A DNA stretch of 64,000 nt from Blastocatellia bacterium (GTDB taxonomy: Bacteria > Acidobacteriota > Blastocatellia > RBC074): NCBI GenBank assembly GCA_046331525.1, contig JAXLQQ010000020.1, forward strand, positions 178 to 64,177. Direction: 5' to 3'. The notes under the pieces are model-generated. The model ran no database searches, was not told where the DNA came from, and saw nothing but the letters and a program-made list of their open reading frames with translations. Positions 18,331 through 26,136 of this stretch are shown here, piece by piece; position 1 is the stretch's first letter, and every line of letters begins with the position of its first letter. The position numbers and the translations under genes are program-made.

Positions 18331-19275
18331 TCAAAACGCTATCCGCAGTTGTCTGCGATTCGGGAATCCCTCGACATACTCCGAGACCCAAGCGGACAGC
18401 GGCTCCGCCGAATGCCCAAGATAGTCTTTGCACATCGGCAGAATCCGTTTCTTCTCGTCCAGGTAGAGCTTGTCCAAGAACGCAAAGAAACTCTGCGGTG
18501 GATTAGCGAGAACCGTGCAAGCTTCGGTTAGCCCTGCGTGGAAAACGTGATTCTGTTTCTTCAGCGCGAGCGTCCATTTCTTTTGGGCAAGCAGGTAGAG
18601 TGAAGCGGCGAAGAACGTGGTGTCGAGAAACGCTTCAAAATTGAGATTTGTCAGAAACGAGCCGTCTTTCTGTTGTTGCCCCCATCCACAGAACGCCATC
18701 ACCTGTTGGCTGACCAATAGTTCGTTCGCTTCCGTCACCGTCTGCCTCTCCATCTGCGTCCAATCACAACCGCAGGCACAAATCGTCAACGACGTGCGAT
18801 CCCAATAGAGACGCTTCCGACACATCGGACATCTGTCCATCAACAGCAACTGATGCTTCAGGCAAACCGTCACATGTGCCAAGTCCCAATACCAGCGGTG
18901 ATGTGGGCTTTCGGCCAGACACGCAGGGCAGAATTTTGGGTACTTGAATTTGATATATCTGACGGGGATTCGGGCCACCCCAAGTGTCACCCATTGTCCA
19001 TCATCCTGATAGCAGATTCGCTGAAATCTGGCTTCGTCATACCCTGTTGCCTGCGCTAAACCTGACAGATCAGGGCAACAACGGGAAGAAACGCGGCCCT
19101 CTGTCGGTTCTATCGTCCAATGCAACGCCGCCTCAATTTCCTTGATCCCCGCGTACCCATTGTCTTCGGCGAGGCGCAGCAAATAGCCCATCAAAGTTTC
19201 GTCAGGAGCAAGATGGGGAATGACGAGGAAGCGGGCGGCAGGGCTGCTTTGCGCAGAACTCGAACTACTGGTCAT
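18331..19275 (-). CDS. tniQ: TniQ/TnsD-family (Tn7-like transposition targeting) protein; orphan, and possibly C-terminally truncated by the adjacent IS remnant
   Basis: N-terminal TniQ signature PHLAPDETLMGYLLRLAEDNGY and zinc-ribbon pattern CPACL..x..CLKH..x..CPMC. No tnsA/B/C gene is present nearby. Confidence 0.8.
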   Translation of the reverse strand: MTSSSSSAQSSPAARFLVIPHLAPDETLMGYLLRLAEDNGYAGIKEIEAALHWTIEPTEGRVSSRCCPDLSGLAQATGYDEARFQRICYQDDGQWVTLGVARIPVRYIKFKYPKFCPACLAESPHHRWYWDLAHVTVCLKHQLLLMDRCPMCRKRLYWDRTSLTICACGCDWTQMERQTVTEANELLVSQQVMAFCGWGQQQKDGSFLTNLNFEAFLDTTFFAASLYLLAQKKWTLALKKQNHVFHAGLTEACTVLANPPQSFFAFLDKLYLDEKKRILPMCKDYLGHSAEPLSAWVSEYVEGFPNRRQLRIAF

Positions 19276-19410
19276 GAGCTTACCAGAGAGGGCTGGTTAG
19301 TTGCTGTCAGTAGTTTCGTTGACGGGGCGTCAGATAAAGCAGAACAAAGATACGCGAAAACTTACTATAGGAAAAGACGCGATAAGAATTATCGGAAAGA
19401 AAATATTGCC

Positions 19411-19444
19411 TAAAAAAAGGATACCGAAAGGGGGGCGGTATCCT
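19411..19444 (-). terminator. Rho-independent terminator after the small ORF
   Basis: On the minus strand, a 9-bp stem AGGATACCG/CGGTATCCT with a 9-nt loop is followed by a T7 tract. Confidence 0.6.
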
Positions 19445-19462
19445 TACCGTGCTGCAACACAA

Positions 19463-19648
19463 TCATCCGCCAAGGTGGTGTGCAACCAGATAAATCAGCT
19501 TCAGCAGAATCACAATCAGTTCAACGAAACTTAGGATTATGGTGTAACGCTTTATCTGGAAGTGCAGTTTATCTGATGCCGGACACTCCAATTCCAAGTG
19601 TTCCTCGTCCATCTTAGTCAATATACGTTCTAATATTTTTTTGAACAT
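19463..19648 (-). CDS. Small (61 aa) tail-anchored hydrophobic peptide, unknown function
   Basis: AAGGAG lies 7 nt upstream of the ATG at 19648. The C-terminal hydrophobic segment is IILSFVELIVILLKLIYLVA. It has its own terminator. Confidence 0.5.
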   Translation of the reverse strand: MFKKILERILTKMDEEHLELECPASDKLHFQIKRYTIILSFVELIVILLKLIYLVAHHLGG

Positions 19649-20983
19649 AAGTATGCTCCTTTGGAGATTTACTCCATCTATTCTGTTAGTAAAATAGACA
19701 CGTAAAAACCGAAGGCTTGCGTGATGGCAACGGTGCGACTCCAATCACGGAGACACACCAATAGGGTATTGCCAGATGGACTTTCCTGTGGTATCTTATC
19801 AAATGCTACTTCGATAAGATTTTTAGGAGAGTCCGCTGATTTCAAATCACGCGGGCTTTTCTAGTTTTCAGTATCAACTTATCACCACAGACACGATTGC
19901 CCGTGATGCTTCATCAATTCCTCCTTTCCGGCTCAAAGCCGAGAAGAGAACACAGCTATCTCTTGATAGCTCCGCACGAATTTAGGGGGTAAGTGAAACT
20001 CCCAACAGGGGGTGAGTTAGAGGCCGGGCTGAATACTTCTCACCTCAATAGCAACAACCTAGCTTTGGGTGCTAAGTGTCTTTTGAGGACTCGCCAAAAC
20101 CGCCGAAAAAGATTACTGGCTTTGTCCTTCAAAGGCAAGGGCTTTCCACTATTTCTGCAAGTTTTACTTGAGGTCAACTATGGGTTGTAACCTGGAAAGA
20201 TATAGGGCAAGTAGGGACTTCAGAGAGCCTCAGTTTGAAGGTTACTTGCACAACGGTTTCCCCCGTCAATTGATATGAGAGAATAACCCTTCATTGCAAA
20301 TCGCACCCACCGGAAAAGAAGTTGGCCGATCTATCTTTGGTGCGGTGGGAAGACAACATAGATGCAGGAAGTGTTACGGGATATTTGCCGACGCGGGAGA
20401 TATGCACAACTAGCAAGAAAAGAGGTCAATTCGCTGTGACTGCGTTTTTGTCGCTTACTATCCCAGGGGTTACTTCAAGAAAGCACCTGCTGGCGCAAAC
20501 GGCGAGGCTGCTATCGAGCGCGTTTGCTACCGCATCCCAAACAGCAAGGCACAAAGAAATTTTGCTTCGCAATCACCGCCCTTTCGTTCCTTTCCGGCAT
20601 CCCTTTAAGGCCGGAGGGAACGTTATGCTTTATGTGATTGACGGCTTGAAAAACAGTTACCGGAAAGGAGCAACAACTGGCGTTTATGGCAAGGAAGTCG
20701 GCTCAGTTGCAAACAGATTGGGAAGTAGCGGCAAAACGAGGAGATAGTGGCTCCTCGGTTTGCAATCAAACAACAAATTATCTGTACAGTCCTTGCTTTA
20801 GTTCAGGATTGGGTTACTGTATAAGTCCCTAACCGAGAGACTCAAAATGTTTCAACACAGCAGAAATTCCACCACTCCGAAATCGCCGTGGCTGCGTTTT
20901 TTAGATGCCGTCCATATCCGAGGATACCTTTCCAGAGAAGCCCACCACAGAAGCCTTTATTTCATTTATTCGTAGAGCCAGAA

Positions 20984-21017
20984 TCACTTTTTCATGTAGG
21001 AAATTCACTTTTTCATG
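20984..21017. repeat. Tandem 13-nt direct repeat TCACTTTTTCATG with 21-bp period. The second copy encodes the last codons and the stop of comEC.
   Basis: Copies at 20984-20996 and 21005-21017 are identical. Confidence 0.7.
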
Positions 21018-22210
21018 GAACGGATAAGGGGAACCACCACCGTCACAACAATCAGCACGGTAAGAAACGAAAGCTGAAACGCCGGATCGAATAAATCGCG
21101 CGGTTGCCAGGTCAACAACACCAGCGCCGAAGCTGCCAGCGTATTCGCGCCCGGTGCCGTGCGGAAAATGAATTCTCCCAGCAGAACAAACGTCAACATC
21201 ACCATCGCCCGCGTAATCGCCGGTTGCGCGCCCACCATCAACGCATAGCCCCACAACAACGAAAGCACCACCGCCAATCGCACGCCACGCGCTGTGATGA
21301 TCCTGGTTGCCAGCCACGAAATTACCAGCGCCAGCAACGCCACATGCAAACCGGAAATCACGAGCAAGTGATACGTGCCACCCACGCGAAATGCCTCTGC
21401 CGTGTCGTGCGGAAGGAAATATTGATTCCCAAACAGTGCCGCCGCCAGAATCCCTGCGGTGGGCGGCGTAAAGCTGCGCAGCAAAATCGTGATCGCTTGC
21501 GCGCGCACAGCATAAAGCAGGGCCAAGAAGCGCGAAGGCGTGCTTTCGCCCAACCGCTCGATCAACAACGGGCTTTTGATTAAGCCCGTCGCATCGTAGC
21601 CGCGAAATTCCAGCATCTCGTCAAAATTCGGCGCGCCTGGATTGCGGTATCCTTGTGCTTTGCGCAAATTCGCCAGCGCCCGAATCCGCACGCCGTAGCC
21701 AAGCCGCAACGCATCAAAATCTGCGCGATCCTGCGCTGCTGCAAACGGCACGACCAGGCGCACCGTGCCCGAAGCTGCTTGCGCTTTGCCAAGTGTGGCG
21801 ATGCGTTCGATAGCGACTTCCAGATAGATGCGCTCCGGTGCCAGTTCCGGCGCGGTTTGAATAACGCCCCACACCTCGACCGGTTCAGCCGCCTCAATGA
21901 CACCGCGCGCGAAGAGTTGTTTAATACGATGGTGCGCTACGCCTGCGTCATTCAATGACCAGCAGAGGCCGCCGCAGGCGCAGCAGCTTAGCAACAAAAA
22001 ACAAGTGATCCACCCTTCGCGCTGCCAGCGACGAAAGCCAATCAGGGCGAGGGCGGCGGCAAAGAAAATAACCGCAACAAGCAGCCAGGATGAGCGCGCA
22101 AAATGAAGGAAACGTGCGGCAAGCAGTTCGCCCACGATAAAGGCGACCGCCAGAAAAATAAGCGGTTGCTGGCGCACCGTGAGTTGAACGAAGGCGAGGC
22201 GACGAGGCAT
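21005..22210 (-). CDS. comEC: ComEC/Rec2-family competence channel protein, apparently 3-prime truncated
   Basis: N-terminal TM plus OB-like region, then the competence-domain motif HLLVISGLHVALLAL. The ORF stops about 175 aa into that domain, with no further TM helices or metallo-beta-lactamase domain. Confidence 0.8.
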   Translation of the reverse strand: MPRRLAFVQLTVRQQPLIFLAVAFIVGELLAARFLHFARSSWLLVAVIFFAAALALIGFRRWQREGWITCFLLLSCCACGGLCWSLNDAGVAHHRIKQLFARGVIEAAEPVEVWGVIQTAPELAPERIYLEVAIERIATLGKAQAASGTVRLVVPFAAAQDRADFDALRLGYGVRIRALANLRKAQGYRNPGAPNFDEMLEFRGYDATGLIKSPLLIERLGESTPSRFLALLYAVRAQAITILLRSFTPPTAGILAAALFGNQYFLPHDTAEAFRVGGTYHLLVISGLHVALLALVISWLATRIITARGVRLAVVLSLLWGYALMVGAQPAITRAMVMLTFVLLGEFIFRTAPGANTLAASALVLLTWQPRDLFDPAFQLSFLTVLIVVTVVVPLIRSMKK

Positions 22211-22302
22211 AAGGATTTAGGCGACAGGCGGCTACCCTGTCGCCGATTGTATACAGCTTGGGTTATTCTTTGACAGCAACGGGCGGCTAACCAGTTGTGT
22301 CT

Positions 22303-23485
22303 CTAATTTGCGGACAACTTTATGACTGTTTCTATGTGATAGGTTTGCGGAAACATATCCAGTGCAGTGATGGTGGTCAGTCGATAGCCACCCTGCGTCA
22401 ATATCTTTAAATCACGCGCCAACGTGGTCGGATCGCACGAAACATAACGAATGACGGTTGGTTTGTGTTGCAATAAGCGGCGGATCACCGGCTCGCCTGC
22501 GCCCGCGCGCGGTGGATCGAGTAGTACAAAATCCGGGCGCGGCAGCTTCGGTTGCTTAAGCCAGGTTTCGACCGAAACGGCTTCGTAGCGAATGTTCTGC
22601 ACCTTATTGCGTTCGGCATTGGCAAGGCCGTGACGAACCGAAAGGCGGCTGCCTTCAACGGCATACACCTGGTCGAAATGCCGAGCGAGCGGCAACGAAA
22701 ACAAACCGGCTCCGGCATACAGGTCAAAGGCGATGCGGCCTTTTGCTTCGTCCGTTGCCTCGCACACAAGCTGTTCGACCAGTAACCGATTGGCCTGAAA
22801 AAACGTGCGCACGCCGAAGCGATAGTTAAAGCCGAGAATCGTTTGCTCCACGGTGCCGCGCGCATCTACTTCTGCCGTGCGCGCGTTTTCGCCGGTAGCG
22901 GGGGTGGCCAGTACTTCGGTATCGCCTGCGGTCAAGTAAACGCGCGTTGCGCTCTTGGGAATGTTTTGCGTGCGCAACGTTTGCAGCTTGTCCTGCGCCG
23001 TCGGTAATAAAATCGGGCATTCCGTCACTTCACAAAGGTCGTGCGAGTTGGCTTGAAAATAGCCGAGCCTGCCATCTGGCGTGCGCTTGAGTTCAGCGCG
23101 CGAACGGTAGCCGAATTCGTCTGCTGCCAAAACTTCAATGTCCTGCTCCCACACGATGCCGCCGATGCGGCGCAGCGATTCGCGGATGATGTCGGCTTTG
23201 CTTTGGCATTGTGCGGCGTAATCCAAATGCTGCAACTGACAACCGCCACAGATACCGAAGTGACGGCACGGCGCGCTGCGGCGATGCGGCGAAGGGACGA
23301 TAATCTCTTCTATTACGCCGCGCGCAGAAATTGCGTTCAAGTTTCGTGACCCGCACGCGTAAGCGATCTCCGGGCGCGGCAAACGGAACGAAGACCGTTT
23401 GCTGATTTACGCGCCCCAGGCCGTCACCGCCGTAAATCAGTTTTTCAATCGTGATTTCGTAAATGTCTCCGAGGCGCAGATTCAT
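22303..23485 (-). CDS. rlmD: 23S rRNA (uracil-5)-methyltransferase RlmD/RumA family, with an apparent frameshift between the TRAM domain and the Fe-S/methyltransferase part
   Basis: The TRAM domain (GDIYEITIEKLIYGGDGLGRV..VRVTKLERNF) is in one frame. ARGVIEEIIVPSPHRRSAPCRHFGICGGCQLQH and the SAM-MTase motifs are in another. The junction is near 23320-23340. Confidence 0.85.
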
Positions 23486-24207
23486 TACAGGTAAAACAGG
23501 CCGAGTCGTGGCACGCGGTACTCATCACGGAGTTTGCGCGCAATCCAATTATTGAGCGTCTGTTCGTAGATTTCCTTGTCCATATTTTTGCGATAACTCT
23601 TCAGGTCTTTTTCGCCTTGCGCGCGCAATTCCGCCAGCTTTTCCGCGCTCGCGTGCTGCTGAATCGCGTCGAGCAAAAAGCTTTCGATCAAATTCAGATC
23701 GGCATCCATCTGCCCCAGAAAATCATCGTTCGGCTTGCTCAAATCGTGGCTGATTTCTTCCAGCCGACGCGCGGCACGATCAAAGGATTCGGCCAGCAAA
23801 ATATCGTCGGCGTAGCTGATGCTGAGTCGTGTTAACGTCTCCTGCCATTCGTGTAGGGCCAGTTTCAGATTGGCGATTGAAAAACCGCCGATTTCTTCGG
23901 GCTGGGCTTCATCCTCTGCGCCATTTTCTTCGCGCCCGCCGACGTGGGATTCCAGATACTGCTGGTAAGCTTTCTCGACGGCCTGCTGGCAGTAAAAGAG
24001 GTTGTTGACCCACTGCCCGAATTTACGCGGCTTTTGGTCGTAAATGTCGAATGCCTGATTGATGCCGCGTAGCGCAATGCGCAACGGCACGCCGCGTTGC
24101 TTCCAGGTTTCAATCAACGCCCAATCAAGCGGCGAGACTAACAAATGTTTTCCCCGCCGCCGCACAAACTCCTCTTCGACTTCGGTGAAGTAATTAAAAT
24201 AATTCAT
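23485..24207 (-). CDS. Conserved hypothetical protein, family not recognised
   Basis: Clean 240-aa ORF whose stop overlaps the rlmD start. N-terminus is LVSPLDWALIETWKQRGVPLRIALRGINQAF. Confidence 0.65.
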   Translation of the reverse strand: MNYFNYFTEVEEEFVRRRGKHLLVSPLDWALIETWKQRGVPLRIALRGINQAFDIYDQKPRKFGQWVNNLFYCQQAVEKAYQQYLESHVGGREENGAEDEAQPEEIGGFSIANLKLALHEWQETLTRLSISYADDILLAESFDRAARRLEEISHDLSKPNDDFLGQMDADLNLIESFLLDAIQQHASAEKLAELRAQGEKDLKSYRKNMDKEIYEQTLNNWIARKLRDEYRVPRLGLFYL

Positions 24208-24215
24208 TGAGAGAA

Positions 24216-24312
24216 GATGGGGGATGCTAGATGCTGGAAACTGCGGCTCTGCCCTCTTAAAGTCTCTTTAGAATTCATCTTCACCCCTAGCATCCAGCAT
24301 CTAACATCCATC
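24216..24312. repeat. Imperfect long inverted repeat (GATGCT-unit arms) filling the spacer between the 23485-24207 gene and coaX
   Basis: The 11-bp perfect core TAGATGCTGGA (24228-24238) pairs with TCCAGCATCTA (24293-24303). Flanking imperfect pairing extends it. The loop is about 54 nt. Confidence 0.6.
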
Positions 24313-24314
24313 AT

Positions 24315-25082
24315 CTATTTCCTGTTTTTCTCGTAAATCAGCCGCAAGCCTTCGAGCGTCAAATCATCGTCAATCTCTGCGATCAATTCGCTGCCGCGTC
24401 CGATGAGTTTGGCCAGCCCGCCCGTTGCAATGATCTTCGTGTCTTCGCCCAGTTCGGCAATCATCCGCCGCAGGATGCCATCCACCAGACCAATGTAGCC
24501 GAAATATAAACCTGACTGTACGCTGCCAATCGTCGTTTCGCCGATCACTTTGTCAGGATGTCGGATTTCGACGCGCGACAACCGCGCCGCACGCTGGAAC
24601 AACGCTTCGGCAGAGATGTTGAGGCCGGGCGTGATCACGCCGCCCAGATACTCGCCGTCCTGGCTCACCGCATCAAACGTCGTCGCCGTCCCAAAATCCA
24701 CGATGATGCACGGCGCGCCGTAGCGTGTAATCGCTGCCACGCTGTTCACAATGCGATCTGCACCTACATCCGTTACCGGCTGGTAGCGAATTGGCATCCC
24801 GGTTTCGCTGCTGTGATCCACGTAATACGGCGTCAGGCCAAAGTAGTTTTCCGCCATCTTCGTCAGCGTAAAATTCAGCGGCGGCACGACGGAAGAAATT
24901 GCAATGCCCGTAATCTTTTCCGAATCCATTTTGGCCAGCGTGAAGAGGTTGCGGAAGAGGATGCCGTATTCATCAATCGTGCGATTGCGTTCGGTGGAAA
25001 GCCGCCAATTCGTGATGAGCGTTTCGCCTTCGTAAACGCCTACGACCGTGTTTGTGTTGCCAACGTCAATGACCAGGAGCAT
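24315..25082 (-). CDS. coaX: Type III pantothenate kinase
   Basis: N-terminal MLLVIDVGNTNTVVGVY and the later DFGTATTFD motif. Confidence 0.9.
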   Translation of the reverse strand: MLLVIDVGNTNTVVGVYEGETLITNWRLSTERNRTIDEYGILFRNLFTLAKMDSEKITGIAISSVVPPLNFTLTKMAENYFGLTPYYVDHSSETGMPIRYQPVTDVGADRIVNSVAAITRYGAPCIIVDFGTATTFDAVSQDGEYLGGVITPGLNISAEALFQRAARLSRVEIRHPDKVIGETTIGSVQSGLYFGYIGLVDGILRRMIAELGEDTKIIATGGLAKLIGRGSELIAEIDDDLTLEGLRLIYEKNRK

Positions 25083-25181
25083 AAGATTTTCAGGAAGTCG
25101 CGCCGTTGTTTTTCAACGAGCCAGCATCTTACCAAGCAGGAGGAAAATGCGGCAAGAGCAGCGGAGGCCGGACGGAGAAGC

Positions 25182-25276
25182 AGAGAGGGAGAGAAAGAGC
25201 GATGGAGAGAAAAGAAAGGTTCTTGCTATAAGCACATCTTCATTCCATCTCTCCATCGCTCTTTCTCTCCCTCTCT
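25182..25276. repeat. Perfect 29-bp inverted repeat (purine-rich AGAGAGGGAGAGAAAGAGCGATGGAGAGA) with a 37-nt loop, between birA and coaX
   Basis: Arms at 25182-25210 and 25248-25276 are exact reverse complements. Confidence 0.85.
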
Positions 25277-25282
25277 CTTTCT

Positions 25283-26113
25283 TCATCCTGCTTGCCGTCG
25301 CAGGTGGGTTATCTCGCCGATGAGTAGCGGACGGACAAGACCGGATTCTGTTTTCAACAGCAGCGCGCCGCTTTCATTCAGCCCACAGGTTTCGCCGCGT
25401 AGTTCTTCGTGATCGAAATGCACAATGACGGATTTGCCGTGCGCGTAGGTCGAAAGCTCCTGCCAGCGCGTGAGGATTTTGTGAGCGCGATTGTGGCGCA
25501 ACTCTTCATACCAACAGGCAAGGCGGGTTAGCAGTGCGTTGCGGACAGTGGCGGTTTCGCACCGCAGCCCGCCTTCGATGTGCAGCGAAGTTGCAATTTC
25601 ACGCAGCTCAGCGGGAAAAGACAGATGATTCAGATTCACGCCAATGCCGACAATCACGCGCGGCGCGGCCTGCGCCACGCTGGTGCTTTCGATCAAAATT
25701 CCGCTCAGCTTGCGGTCATTGGCCAGCACATCGTTCGGCCATTTAATGTCCAGCCGCACGCCGGAAAGAGACGCTTCTCGTAGGATTGCTTGCAGCGCCT
25801 CCGTAACGGCTACAGCGGTCATCAAGCTTAGCAATGGGAATTTTTCGGCGCTGATTTCCGGGCGCAGCAGCACGGACAAATACAAACCTTCGCCGGGCGC
25901 AGAATGCCACGCGCGCGCTCGTCTGCCACGTCCGGCGGTTTGCTCATCTGCCGTCACGCAGGTGAATTCCGGCGCGTCCAACATCTGTTTCAAGTGATCG
26001 TTGGTCGAGCCAAGCGTTTCGTAATGATGAATCGTGAAGGGCGGATGAAGTTCAACGCGGAAGGCGGAGCGCAGAGCGCGGAGTGGAAATTCTTCGGCAT
26101 TATCTTGGTTCAT
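25283..26113 (-). CDS. birA: Biotin--[acetyl-CoA-carboxylase] ligase
   Basis: Motifs GRGRRARAWHS and IKWPNDV. Confidence 0.9.
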   Translation of the reverse strand: MNQDNAEEFPLRALRSAFRVELHPPFTIHHYETLGSTNDHLKQMLDAPEFTCVTADEQTAGRGRRARAWHSAPGEGLYLSVLLRPEISAEKFPLLSLMTAVAVTEALQAILREASLSGVRLDIKWPNDVLANDRKLSGILIESTSVAQAAPRVIVGIGVNLNHLSFPAELREIATSLHIEGGLRCETATVRNALLTRLACWYEELRHNRAHKILTRWQELSTYAHGKSVIVHFDHEELRGETCGLNESGALLLKTESGLVRPLLIGEITHLRRQAG

Positions 26114-26136
26114 TGTTCAGCGATCAGACTTCCGCC

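Noticed and set aside
20322-20747. A 141-aa TTG-initiated ORF in the ORF-poor region
   Set aside because: It has no RBS, no recognisable motif and a non-canonical start, and its sequence is dominated by hairpin-forming segments. I treat it as non-coding or decayed DNA rather than a gene.
20900-20980. A TGTGGTGGGC motif on the minus strand near the comEC end, resembling the TGTGGGCGGAC terminus of Tn7
   Set aside because: It is a single short match with no adjacent array of 22-bp TnsB-type repeats that I could identify, so it is probably coincidental. I mention it only as something to test in the transposon-relic hypothesis.
24558-25412. A long 284-aa plus-strand ORF. Similar long ORFs lie antisense to core genes at 13371-14000, 40913-41572, 42363-43055, 44175-44843, 50213-50836, 54779-55384 and 58936-59700.
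   Set aside because: Each lies entirely antisense to, or out of frame within, a gene with clear family motifs (coaX/birA, RHS-2, murE, ftsI, ftsL, hom, the 54554 gene, the MFS transporter). Their sequences are R/A/G-rich low-complexity, typical of shadow ORFs in GC-rich coding DNA.
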